Source: an uncultured Pseudomonadota bacterium
GTDB taxonomy: Bacteria > Oederibacteriota > Muellerivitia > Muellerivitales > Muellerivitaceae
Length of the DNA: 64,000 bases
NCBI GenBank assembly: GCA_963770835.1
Contig: CAVYRH010000026.1
Span: 544,001 to 608,000, forward strand
Direction of reading: 5' to 3'
Position numbers and translations under genes: made by a program. Below, in pieces: positions 1-9,386 of this stretch. The notes beneath the pieces are model-generated. The model searched no databases. It saw nothing but the letters and a program-made list of their open reading frames with translations, and was not told where the DNA came from. Every line of letters starts with the position of its first letter. Within the stretch, counting starts at the first letter, position 1.

Positions 1-1538
1 TGGCCGAATCAGGCACCTACGATATCGAAGTGGATTTTAAAGGCGAGGGTTTCGCGGATCGAGCGAGGACCAAGAAGAACGTCCACCTTCAGCGCGGGCA
101 GACCGAGGTTCATATCAGCCAAACCTTCAAGAACCCGCGCCTTTGGTGGACCTGGGACCAGGGAGAACCGAACCTGTACAAGGCGTCCATCGCTATCCAC
201 CATTCGGAAACGGGCCATGTGGTGGAAAAGGGTGAAGTGCGTTTCGGCATCCGCGAAATCCAAATCACGCCCGAATGGAAGTTCATCTTGAACGGCCGGG
301 TCTTCTTTCCCAGGGCCACGAACATCATTCCCACCCAGTGGCTTTCGGAGTACACGGCGGACAAGGCGAAGCGGGACGTCAAAATGATGAAGGACGCCAA
401 CCTGAACGGCGTGAGGGTGCACGCCCACGTGAACCGCGAGGAATTTTATTCCGCCTGCGATGAGGCCGGTTTGTTCGTCTGGCAGGACTTCGCCCTGCAA
501 TGGAGCTACGAAGCCACCGACGCCTTCACCCGCAATGCCTGCCGCCAGGTCAAGGACATGGTGAAGCTGCTTTACAACCACCCCTCCATCATCGTGTGGT
601 GCTGCCATAACGAGCCGTCCCATAACCGGGAGGTGCTGGACCCGGTTTTGGCGCGGGCCGTCAAGGAAGAGGATGACAGCCGTTTCGTGGACACCGCCAG
701 CGATTTCCGTTATCACCCCTACCCGGGCTGGTACTGGGAAGACTCGGTGATCAAGGACGCTTTCGGCGCCATCGGCGGGCCGGAAACGAGCTTTTTCTCC
801 GAATTCGGCGCCCAGGCCCTGCCTGGTTTGGAGTCGCTGAAAAAAACATTCACGAAGAAGGAGTTGTGGCCGCCCGATTGGAAGGCATGGGCCCTGCACG
901 ACTTCCAGTACCACCAGACCTTCAACATCGCCCGGGTCGAAATGGGGAAATCGCTCCCGGAGTTCGTGGATAACAGCCAAAAATACCAAGCACACCTATT
1001 GAAGGAATATATCCAGAGTTTCCGCCTGAAAAAGTACAGGCCTTTGAACGGCTATTTCCAGTTCATGTTCGTGGACTGCTGGCCTTCCATAACTTGGAGC
1101 GTGGTGGATTATTTCCGCAAGCCCAAGGAGGGCTACTTCGCCCTTCAAACCGCCTCCCAGCCCCTTTTACCCATCTGGCGCATCCAAACGACCCAGTACA
1201 ACCGCGGGGATGTCCTGAACTGGGGGAGCTCCTTCCTCATCGGCCTGCAGATGATCAACGACTACCCCTATGCCCTCAAAGGTTTGAAGGTGGAGGCGCG
1301 GGTCGTGAACCCAAGGGGAAAAGTGCTTTTCCACGAGGCCCGTACCTGTGGCGTCCCGGCCGATTCCGTCACCCAGCCCTTTGCCGTTCAGGAACGTTTC
1401 AACCATACGAAGGGATTCACCATCCCGGAGAAGGGCCTCTATGGAACCTACCGGGTTCAATTGAAGGTCTGGGATAAGAAGGGGAAACAAATCGCTCGAA
1501 ACTGGCAGGACTTTGAAGTCGTGCAGAAAAAGGGATAG
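1..1538 (+). CDS. Glycoside hydrolase family 2 (beta-mannosidase-like), 5'-truncated by window edge
   Basis: Frame is open from window start; GH2 motifs PRLWW..GEPNLY, FGIR, NLNGVRVH, WCCHNE (acid/base) and SEFGAQ (nucleophile), DYFRKPK. Confidence 0.9.
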   Translation, partial: AESGTYDIEVDFKGEGFADRARTKKNVHLQRGQTEVHISQTFKNPRLWWTWDQGEPNLYKASIAIHHSETGHVVEKGEVRFGIREIQITPEWKFILNGRVFFPRATNIIPTQWLSEYTADKAKRDVKMMKDANLNGVRVHAHVNREEFYSACDEAGLFVWQDFALQWSYEATDAFTRNACRQVKDMVKLLYNHPSIIVWCCHNEPSHNREVLDPVLARAVKEEDDSRFVDTASDFRYHPYPGWYWEDSVIKDAFGAIGGPETSFFSEFGAQALPGLESLKKTFTKKELWPPDWKAWALHDFQYHQTFNIARVEMGKSLPEFVDNSQKYQAHLLKEYIQSFRLKKYRPLNGYFQFMFVDCWPSITWSVVDYFRKPKEGYFALQTASQPLLPIWRIQTTQYNRGDVLNWGSSFLIGLQMINDYPYALKGLKVEARVVNPRGKVLFHEARTCGVPADSVTQPFAVQERFNHTKGFTIPEKGLYGTYRVQLKVWDKKGKQIARNWQDFEVVQKKG

Positions 1539-1545
1539 GGAAAAC

Positions 1546-2970
1546 ATGAACCGCCAAGACGCCAAGGTGCCAAGCGAAAATATCAAAAGAAAAGCCGTCT
1601 ATTCCGGAATTTTTACTTTTCTTGGAACAACGAAATCTTGGCGGTGGATTGTGGTCTTTCTGTTGGCGACCGGGCTGGCTTTCGCCGCGGGAGTGAAGGT
1701 GCTCAAGGACGTCCCGTCGACTTATGTTTATCCCGCCGAGGGGTTCCTGCCCTTCAACCTGCACCGGGGCACTCAGACCATGCTATCCCTCATGCTGCCC
1801 GGATGCAGTTTCGACGATCCCCAGGGCGTAGCCTGCGCGCTTCTGAAAGCCGACCACGATCCCAAGTCGCCCCAGAACGACGTGGTAGTGACGGTCATTG
1901 GGGTTAATTCCGGTGCAGGGGAGATTGTCTTTAACGTCAGCCTGAAGGACATCCGCCGTTTCGGATCCCCGGGCCAGGGCGACGGGCAGTTCTTCCATCC
2001 CATGGGCGCAGCCATCGACCCGGACGGGGATGTGGCCATCGCGGATACCGGCAACAATCGTATCGCCCTCCTGCACCACAGTGGTTTTAGGCTCACCTGG
2101 GTAAAGGCCGTGGGCCGGATGGGGAGCCGCCTGGGCCAGTTCAACGCGCCCAGGGGGGTGGCCTATGATTCCCAAGGAAACCTTTATATCGCGGATACGG
2201 GCAACAACCGCATCCAGGTCATGGACCATAAGGGCCGGTTCCACTTATTGAACACGGTTCACCTGGAGGAGCCCTCGGCTATCGCGGCGATCGACGCCCA
2301 TGAAGCCTGGACTTTTTACCAGCAGGGCCCTTACGCCAACCGGCTGGCCGTCATCGACCAAAAGGGTACGAGGCTCATCACCCTGACCCTGGAGGGGCAG
2401 CCCCTGGCCGGGATCTCAACCTACCAGGTTCCCGACCCGCCAATGCAGTTGTGGGGCTGTGCCTTCGATTACTACGGCAACGTCGTTGCCACGGATTTCG
2501 GGAAATCCTGCCTGCGCAAGTTCGACAAGGACCTCAAGTATGTGGTGAGCTTCGGGGATCCGGGAACCGACGATTTCCAATTCACCGAGCCTCGCGGCAT
2601 CGCCATCCAAAACCAGTTCGGGCAAGTCATGATCGCGGAAAAGGACAGCGTCCAATATTTTTGGAACGGGGCTGACGCCGTCAACCTGAAAGTGAATCCG
2701 GCGCCGCCCCCGGCGAAAGGCTTCCACGCCTCCTTTTTCCTGACCGAAAGGGCCCTGGTCAGCGCGGATATCCTGAACGAGGCGGGGAATCCCGTTACCT
2801 CATTGGCCCAAAACAAGGACATGGAACAGGGCCCCGAGGCGCTCGATTGGACGCTCGCCCCCCCGGTACAGGGCGGCACCTATACCCTGAAGATGGAAGT
2901 GATGGCCACCTACTCCTCCCGCGACCGCATCGAGAAGGAAATCAGCCAGCCCGTCACTTACATGAAATAG
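1546..2970 (+). CDS. Secreted NHL-repeat beta-propeller protein with C-terminal FlgD-like Ig domain
   Basis: Repeated F..P.G.A.D..G..YIADTGNNRI NHL units; hydrophobic N-terminal segment; ATG at 1546 chosen over upstream TTG. Confidence 0.8.
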   Translation: MNRQDAKVPSENIKRKAVYSGIFTFLGTTKSWRWIVVFLLATGLAFAAGVKVLKDVPSTYVYPAEGFLPFNLHRGTQTMLSLMLPGCSFDDPQGVACALLKADHDPKSPQNDVVVTVIGVNSGAGEIVFNVSLKDIRRFGSPGQGDGQFFHPMGAAIDPDGDVAIADTGNNRIALLHHSGFRLTWVKAVGRMGSRLGQFNAPRGVAYDSQGNLYIADTGNNRIQVMDHKGRFHLLNTVHLEEPSAIAAIDAHEAWTFYQQGPYANRLAVIDQKGTRLITLTLEGQPLAGISTYQVPDPPMQLWGCAFDYYGNVVATDFGKSCLRKFDKDLKYVVSFGDPGTDDFQFTEPRGIAIQNQFGQVMIAEKDSVQYFWNGADAVNLKVNPAPPPAKGFHASFFLTERALVSADILNEAGNPVTSLAQNKDMEQGPEALDWTLAPPVQGGTYTLKMEVMATYSSRDRIEKEISQPVTYMK

Positions 2971-2974
2971 GGCC

Positions 2975-3496
2975 ATGAAATTTTCAAAATTCCAAAAAAT
3001 ACTTATTCTTCTATTTTTACTCGCTTCCGTCCTCTGCTTTGTCGGTCTTATCATCCGGGAAAAACAAGCGACACACTCCCAGCCGCCCCTTCCGGAGGTG
3101 GATTACTTCCAGGCCAAAGCCCTCTGCGACATCGTCGCCAATGACCTGATCCGGAAGGATGCGAAGGACCTGTTCAGCCGCTTGGATATTGGGTTCCGTA
3201 CGATCGTGAGGGGTCCGGAGGATCTTCAAAAAGTCGTGGAACAGATGTACGGCCTTTACGGCCGACCCCAGAAATGCGATTACAAGGTCGCGCAATCCGG
3301 AGTCCGCACCGACGGTACCTGGCAGAGGTCCAGCCAGACCTTTTTCTACGCCGTCCAGACAACAAAGTACCCCATGGGAAAATATTTCCTGAAGATCGAG
3401 ATCGTGACGGCCTTCAGTGGCGGCACCATCGACGTTTCGGGATTCGGTTTTTTCACTTTTGACAAAGGCGCTACCGTACCGGATTACCTGCGGTAA
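2975..3496 (+). CDS. Hypothetical protein with N-terminal membrane anchor
   Basis: 173-aa ORF tightly packed in the operon, N-terminal hydrophobic helix. Confidence 0.7.
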   Translation: MKFSKFQKILILLFLLASVLCFVGLIIREKQATHSQPPLPEVDYFQAKALCDIVANDLIRKDAKDLFSRLDIGFRTIVRGPEDLQKVVEQMYGLYGRPQKCDYKVAQSGVRTDGTWQRSSQTFFYAVQTTKYPMGKYFLKIEIVTAFSGGTIDVSGFGFFTFDKGATVPDYLR

Positions 3497-3538
3497 ATTC
3501 CCCAAAAAATAACGAAGCGCTATTGAGGAAAGTCCTTC

Positions 3539-5923
3539 ATGAACCGGTGGCTTAAATCGCCCGTCCTTTTCTTGTTTCTCGCGCTGGTACTGGGTCTGCG
3601 TTATTGGCAGGCCGAACAATCCTTTGAAACGCAAACCGAGATCTTTGGTCCGGCGCAGAAAGGCTTTTTTAAAGTTCGGATCTCAGAGGAACCAGAAGTC
3701 CTATTTGAGCGCCTTCCCGGCAGCCATGATACCGGGCGGCTGGGAGGCTTTTACCAGCCCTCCGTCAAGGAAGTGCGCGCGGTCTGCACGCTTATTTCCG
3801 GCGACGGCCGGGTTGTCCCTCCGGTCCAGGTCCGTTGCGCTTTCCGGCTCTCTCCTGATGATCCCCAGCCGGCCCTTTCCTATGATAGCGTGGTGGAAGT
3901 CGAAGGCAAGATCCAAACGCCGGCCCCCGCCATGAATCCGGGCCAGTTCGATTACGCCCACTACCTAAAGACGAAGGGCGTAGCCTATGTGATGTACGCT
4001 TCCCCGGGGAAATGGAGGCAGGCCGGACAAACCGGGACGGCCGACCGCGACCGGCAAGGCTGGTTTTTCCTGCGCTGGGCCTGCGGGCTCAAACGCGCCG
4101 CGGAGGACACCCTCTACCGTTACCTGCCCTTTCCCGAGAACGCGCTTTTGGACGGCATCCTTTTGGGCGAGCGCTCGCCCCTGCCGGACGAGATCGTGCA
4201 GTCCTTCTTCCTCACGGGAACCATCCATATCTTGGCCGTTTCCGGCATGATTACGGCCTTCATCGCGGGGCTTTTTTTCACGGTTTTCCGGGCCCTCCAG
4301 CTCAACCGGAAATGGGCGGCGGGTCTGACCCTGTTGGCGTTGGTCTTTTTTATTTTCATGACTGGGGCCCACCCGCCCGTGTGCCGGGCCGGGCTCTTTT
4401 CCACCCTGGCGCTTTTGGCGCTTCTCTTCGAAAGGCGTATTCATGGCGGGGTACTGCTTCTCACCACGGCGGTCATCCTTATCGCTTTTAATCCCTTCGT
4501 ACTGGAGGACCTCTCCTTCCAGATTTCCTTCCTGGCCACCGCCGGGCTTATGGTGATGGCCCCCTGGATGATGGAAAAACTTTCCTTCCTGTGGCGGCCC
4601 GCCGCGCTGCTCGTGACCGCCACGACGGCGGCCCAACTGGCGGTGTGGTGCCTCATCCTCTACGACTTCAACCAATTGTCGGTTTATTCCATCCTCTCCA
4701 ACCTTCTTATTGTGCCGCTGGCCCTCTTCTCGACGGCGGGCGGGCTGACCTTGTTGGCGGGCGCGGCGGTTCATCCTGCCTTGGGAACCCTATTGGGGGC
4801 GGCTTGTGAGGCGCCGCTGAAGCTTCTGATCCTGTTGTCGGACAGCCTCGCAAAACTGCCGCAGGCCGAATGGATCGTGGCCTCACCGCCTTTATTTTGG
4901 GTGGCAGCTTTCCATGCCCTGCTCTTGGTTTCGTTCTATTGGTTTTGGCCCCATCCACAGCCAGAAAAACCGTCGGAAAATTGGAAGCGGTGGAAAGAAA
5001 GGGCCTTGAACGGACGGCGCTGGACGGTCCGGACCTGGGTTCTTTTCCTATTGGCAACAGGAGTTTTTTGGGGAATTTCGGCTTTAGGTTCCCAATCCCT
5101 TCGGGTCACCTTCCTGGACGTGGGCCATGGCAACGCCGTGGTGTTGCGGTCGCCTCAGGGCCGGGTATTGGTGGTGGACGGGGGAAAAGAAACTCACGGC
5201 CCGGACCGTTACAGCCTGGTGGTGTCCTACCTCCGACACGTGGGAGTCCAAAGGGTGGATGGCGTTTTCGACACCCACCCGGATGAGGATCACGTGGGGG
5301 GCTTGGTGAACGTGATGGGGGTCTATCCGGTGGCGGCAGCTTATGAGGGCGACCAGGCCCAATCGGACAGCCAAATCTACCAGGCGTTCAAAGAAGCCAT
5401 TGAAGAGCACCATGTACGGCTTCAACCGCTCCAGGAGGGTGACGTCCTGACGGAACTTCAACCGGCCCAAATCAAAATCCTTCACCCGCCAGACAGCTAC
5501 ATACCCCGCTTGCACGCGGACAATAATCGGTCGCTTGTTTCGTTGGTTTCTCTTGGAGGGTTCAACTTAATCCTGCCCGGGGACTTGGAAAAGGATGGGA
5601 TATTGAAGCTCCTCAAGGACAACCAGCCCTTTCCCCGGGTGGATTGGCTCATGGCGCCCCACCACGGCCGCTTGAGCGGGGAACCGTTTCTTTGTGCCGA
5701 AGGATTCAAGCCCCGGTTTGTGGTCCTAAGCGACTGGCGGGATTACCCGGACGACCACGCCGATTTCCAGTCGGTGGTTCCCAACGCGGTTGTGTTATCC
5801 ACTGCCGAGGAAGGGGCCATTGAGGTTGAGATCACGTCCAATGGCCAAGGGCAGTACCGTACTTATAGAAATAAGGAGTGGAAAAGCTTTAGTGGGCAGT
5901 CGACAGTCGACGGTCTACAGTAA
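3539..5923 (+). CDS. comEC: DNA internalization competence protein ComEC/Rec2
   Basis: NPGQFDY (DUF4131 end), HILAVSG competence domain with many TM helices, C-terminal metallo-beta-lactamase domain FLDVGHG..THPDEDH..PHHG. Confidence 0.95.
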   Translation: MNRWLKSPVLFLFLALVLGLRYWQAEQSFETQTEIFGPAQKGFFKVRISEEPEVLFERLPGSHDTGRLGGFYQPSVKEVRAVCTLISGDGRVVPPVQVRCAFRLSPDDPQPALSYDSVVEVEGKIQTPAPAMNPGQFDYAHYLKTKGVAYVMYASPGKWRQAGQTGTADRDRQGWFFLRWACGLKRAAEDTLYRYLPFPENALLDGILLGERSPLPDEIVQSFFLTGTIHILAVSGMITAFIAGLFFTVFRALQLNRKWAAGLTLLALVFFIFMTGAHPPVCRAGLFSTLALLALLFERRIHGGVLLLTTAVILIAFNPFVLEDLSFQISFLATAGLMVMAPWMMEKLSFLWRPAALLVTATTAAQLAVWCLILYDFNQLSVYSILSNLLIVPLALFSTAGGLTLLAGAAVHPALGTLLGAACEAPLKLLILLSDSLAKLPQAEWIVASPPLFWVAAFHALLLVSFYWFWPHPQPEKPSENWKRWKERALNGRRWTVRTWVLFLLATGVFWGISALGSQSLRVTFLDVGHGNAVVLRSPQGRVLVVDGGKETHGPDRYSLVVSYLRHVGVQRVDGVFDTHPDEDHVGGLVNVMGVYPVAAAYEGDQAQSDSQIYQAFKEAIEEHHVRLQPLQEGDVLTELQPAQIKILHPPDSYIPRLHADNNRSLVSLVSLGGFNLILPGDLEKDGILKLLKDNQPFPRVDWLMAPHHGRLSGEPFLCAEGFKPRFVVLSDWRDYPDDHADFQSVVPNAVVLSTAEEGAIEVEITSNGQGQYRTYRNKEWKSFSGQSTVDGLQ

Positions 5924-5973
5924 AGACCGCCGGGAAGTCTTTACTGCCGGCTGCGGACTGTCGACTGTGAGCT
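5891..5973. repeat. Inverted pair of heptamer tandem arrays (AGTCGAC-type)
   Basis: agtgggc-agtcgac-agtcgac-ggtctac-agt (5891-5921) facing act-gccggct-gcggact-gtcgact-gtgagct (5943-5973). Confidence 0.7.
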
Positions 5974-6023
5974 GTCGTTACGTCGGAAGTTTTACAGGGC
6001 TGTGTTAATTCGTTTACCAGTCG

Positions 6024-6053
6024 TTGACTTTGCCCTAAAAAAAGCCATATAAT
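6024..6053 (+). promoter_or_regulatory. Sigma70-type promoter of the HU/IHF gene (probably leaderless mRNA)
   Basis: TTGACT (6024-6029), 18-nt spacer, TATAAT (6048-6053), ATG 7 nt later with no Shine-Dalgarno. Confidence 0.7.
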
Positions 6054-6060
6054 TTAATAC

Positions 6061-6420
6061 ATGAAGGTGGTCCTACAAGATATTGTGCGCGAAGTTTCAA
6101 AGGCCACTAAACTTGCCCTGCCTGACGCGCAGGTAGTTGTCCGCAGGCTCCTTTCCACGCTGGAACAAGGGATTTTAAGCGGACAACACATTGAAATAAG
6201 GGGTTTTGGGGTCTTCCAAACCAAGACCGTTCAGGGTAAAAAGGGCCGCGACATGGCCCGGAACCTTTCTATATCCATCCCCGCCTACAAAAAGGTTTCC
6301 TTCAAAGCTGGCAAGCATTGGAAAAGACGTTCCTGGACCGGATTGGAAGACCCCCAACCGGTAACGGCGCCCAATGGGCAATTGGAAATGCCGATTATGC
6401 TGGAAGCTGTTAACCGGTAA
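6061..6420 (+). CDS. HU/IHF family DNA-binding protein with C-terminal extension
   Basis: IEIRGFGVF and GR..IPA..VSFKAG motifs of the bacterial histone-like family. Confidence 0.9.
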   Translation: MKVVLQDIVREVSKATKLALPDAQVVVRRLLSTLEQGILSGQHIEIRGFGVFQTKTVQGKKGRDMARNLSISIPAYKKVSFKAGKHWKRRSWTGLEDPQPVTAPNGQLEMPIMLEAVNR

Positions 6421-6469
6421 AGTGATTTAGTTATTTTTGTTCAGCAAAAATAACCAAGGAGGTTAGTGG

Positions 6470-6973
6470 ATGTCCACCACGGTTCATTACTTCGGAAAAA
6501 TCAAAAGCTCCGAAGCCATCCGGGAAATTCAAGAGGAGTTTCGTGAGATCGCCCAGGTCAGCGGCTGGTCGCACGAGATGGTGGACCATGTCTTCACCCA
6601 GGAGGGTGAAATGCCGGCGACCCGGTTGACCCTGCGGGGCATCCGCATCACCTTGAACAAAACCACCAGCCCTCTCCAGTTGACCTTCGATAAGGACGGT
6701 TACCTGTCCCACATCTATTATGAAAAGGCCCCGGCCGACCTCATGAGCCCCTTGCCCCAGGGCAAGGCGACCCGCCAAGTCTTGCACCAGGTCCACACCA
6801 GCACAGGCGCCCGTGCTGGCGACTCCGCCACCCATATCACGGTCGTGAAGCTTTTGGACTACGTCAAGAAGCGCTATGTCCCCAACCTGGAAGTCATCGA
6901 CAACACCGGCTATTGGTACTCGCGGGACGAATCGGTCCTCGCGCCCAAAAAGCTCGAACTGGCGAAGAAATAG
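6470..6973 (+). CDS. Hypothetical protein
   Basis: Strong RBS (AAGGAGG), 167-aa ORF with typical codon usage. Confidence 0.75.
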   Translation: MSTTVHYFGKIKSSEAIREIQEEFREIAQVSGWSHEMVDHVFTQEGEMPATRLTLRGIRITLNKTTSPLQLTFDKDGYLSHIYYEKAPADLMSPLPQGKATRQVLHQVHTSTGARAGDSATHITVVKLLDYVKKRYVPNLEVIDNTGYWYSRDESVLAPKKLELAKK

Positions 6974-7014
6974 TTTCACCACCACCCCTTGGCCTATGGC
7001 CAAGGGCAGTAAAA

Positions 7015-7195
7015 AACACGAGACACCAAGGCGCCGAGAAAGAATAAAGATTCTTCCGTTTCAAAAAGCCTCCTGCTAGTCAACTATCAGGGGGTTTTTT
7101 TGTTTCTTGAGAGAGGCGTGTTCTTTTTGAGAAAAAATAAATGAAAAAAAGTTTTTTTGTAAAAAGCCTTTCTTGGTGTCTTGGCGCCTTGGTGG
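7015..7195. repeat. Inverted pair of octamer arrays (CACCAAG-type) overlapping the next gene's 5' end
   Basis: aacacgag-acaccaag-gcgccgag-aaag (7015-7042) versus cttt-cttggtgt-cttggcgc-cttggtgg (7168-7195). Confidence 0.7.
7063..7101 (+). terminator. Rho-independent terminator
   Basis: aaaaagcctcctg...cagggggttttttt hairpin plus U-tract after the 6470-6973 gene. Confidence 0.65.
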
Positions 7196-9246
7196 TTCAA
7201 TTGGGCGCCGATGTTCCGGTTTTTGCCGAATCGTTCCAGTTAAAGATCGGCAGGATGTTCGCCCAGGGGCAAATCTCCGAGATCCGGGAAGCCATTGCCC
7301 AGCAACTGCAGGAGAACCCCGGTGACCCGGAGCCATTATTGGAACGGGCGGACCTGGACAAAAGCCAGGGCGATTACCCCGGCGCCATCATCGCCTATCA
7401 GGACTACCTTTCGAAAAAGGACGATTGGAAGGCCCACCGGGCCATAGCCCTCCTGCGCGAAGAGATGGGGGATTTCGCCAACGCGGGACCGGACTTGCGG
7501 ATCCTCAACCAGGAACATCCCAACGATCCCGAACTCCTTTTGGGCCTGGCGCGCCTATGCCTTTACCAGTCGAAATGGAAAAAAATCCGCACCCAGGCCA
7601 CGCCGCAAGAAGCCTTGAAGGAGGCCCAGGCTTACCTCATCACCCTGACCGGCATAAAACCGGGTTTCGCGCTCGCCACTTGGCAGCTGGCGGAGGTTTC
7701 CCGGGAACTCGGCGATGACGCCCGGGCCCTCAAGGCCTATGAGGAAGTGGTCAAGGAAGATGCCAGCTACAAGCACGCCCACCGTTACATCGCCCGGCTC
7801 CTGGCGCAACAAAAGCGGTACGCCGAGTCCCTGGCCAAGTACGACCAAGCCATGGCCGTGGAGCCGGAGGACCCGCAACTGAAAAAAGAAGCCGAGCGGG
7901 TGGCCCGGTTGGCGCCCCAACAGGCGAAGGCGCGCAAGAAAGAACGGCTCCAACAGTGGGAAGGCTGGACTCCGCCGGAGGAAAAGCCGATCGCCCCCTC
8001 CCCGGTGACCATCCGCGTGGGAGTTTTAACGGGAATGGGGAACCTCCTTTTCCGCTGTGCTTCGGACCTCCAGGTGACGACCCCCGCCCAGACACCGGTA
8101 ACGGTCTTGAAAGCCGGAACGGACTACGATATTTCCTATTTCCGGGGTAACGGCAGGCACCCCAAGGATTCCTGGGTCCTAAGCGATGCCAAGGGAAACA
8201 ACTTTGTGACCTTCAGCGAAAGGCTCTGGATCGCGCCCAAGGACTCCCAAAAGCCGGTGGTTCTTCACGCCGTGCCCACGGGAACGGGCTATTTCTTCGC
8301 CCGGGAGGAGGACAAGGCCTATCGGGGTCTCATCGAAATTTCCCCGCGCCCTGGAAAGGGTTTTAACGTTATCAACCGTGTGTCGCTGGAGGATTACACC
8401 GCGGGGGTGCTCCCGGCTGAAATGATGACCACTTGGCCTTTGGAGGCCCTCAAGGCCCAGGCTATCGTGGTGCGAACCTACGTGCTTTCCAAACTGGGAA
8501 ACCGCAACGAACAGGGCTTCGACGTTTTTGACAACGTCCAAGACCAGGTTTACCGGGGCTTGAGGGCCGAGACCGCAAGGTCCAACGAGGCCGTGCGGCA
8601 GACAGCCGGGCTGGTAGTGAAGTACCATGGAAAGGTGATGCCGGTGGTCTTTTCCGCCGAATGCGGGGGCCATACGCAGGATTACCAGGAAGCCTGGGGG
8701 TTCAAATACCCCGTCATCGGGGTGGAGGATTACGACCCCCGCTACAACCAGGACATGGAATTCCCCCTCTCCCCCGCCCGAATGGAAACCTGGATCAAGG
8801 AAGACCGGGAAGCCTGGTGCCGGGTTTACGGCCTCAAGGGGTATGACAATTACCGGTGGGTGTGGATCGTTTCCGCCGCCGATATCCAAAAAAAGGTTCC
8901 CGGCATCGGGCGCATCCGACGGTTGACGGTCACGCACCGTTCCACGGCGGGGTGGGCCGACAAGCTTTTGGTGGAAGGCGAAGCCGACAGCCGTGAATTA
9001 AGGTCCGACAGTATCCGCCGCTATTTAGGGGGGATCCGCAGCAACTTGATTTGGATCGAGCCGCAATTTAACCCCAAAGGTTGGCCCGAGGAGTTTATTA
9101 TTTATGGGGGCGGCTGGGGCCACGGCGTGGGGATGTGCCAGGTGGGCTGTTACGGCCTGGCCCAGGCCGGCAAGGACTGCGACGAAATCTTAAGGCATTA
9201 TTTCCCCAAAGGCAGCATTGAAAAACTGGGGTCAGTGACAACCTAA
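7141..9246 (+). CDS. SpoIID/LytB-domain lytic transglycosylase-like protein with N-terminal TPRs
   Basis: TPR-like helical repeats, then YRG..IN..LEDY..GV.PAEM..EALKAQA..RTY and GWGHGVGMCQ.G SpoIID motifs. Confidence 0.9.
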   Translation: MKKSFFVKSLSWCLGALVVQLGADVPVFAESFQLKIGRMFAQGQISEIREAIAQQLQENPGDPEPLLERADLDKSQGDYPGAIIAYQDYLSKKDDWKAHRAIALLREEMGDFANAGPDLRILNQEHPNDPELLLGLARLCLYQSKWKKIRTQATPQEALKEAQAYLITLTGIKPGFALATWQLAEVSRELGDDARALKAYEEVVKEDASYKHAHRYIARLLAQQKRYAESLAKYDQAMAVEPEDPQLKKEAERVARLAPQQAKARKKERLQQWEGWTPPEEKPIAPSPVTIRVGVLTGMGNLLFRCASDLQVTTPAQTPVTVLKAGTDYDISYFRGNGRHPKDSWVLSDAKGNNFVTFSERLWIAPKDSQKPVVLHAVPTGTGYFFAREEDKAYRGLIEISPRPGKGFNVINRVSLEDYTAGVLPAEMMTTWPLEALKAQAIVVRTYVLSKLGNRNEQGFDVFDNVQDQVYRGLRAETARSNEAVRQTAGLVVKYHGKVMPVVFSAECGGHTQDYQEAWGFKYPVIGVEDYDPRYNQDMEFPLSPARMETWIKEDREAWCRVYGLKGYDNYRWVWIVSAADIQKKVPGIGRIRRLTVTHRSTAGWADKLLVEGEADSRELRSDSIRRYLGGIRSNLIWIEPQFNPKGWPEEFIIYGGGWGHGVGMCQVGCYGLAQAGKDCDEILRHYFPKGSIEKLGSVTT

Positions 9247-9386
9247 TGACCGGTAACAAAATTTAGCCACAGAAGAACACGATAAACACAGATGAAATCA
9301 AATGCAATTATCAAAATCAGGAATTAAATTCAAAAGAAAAACAAGTTTTCTGTTGTTTTGCCATGCGAATTCATCCGTTTTAATCC

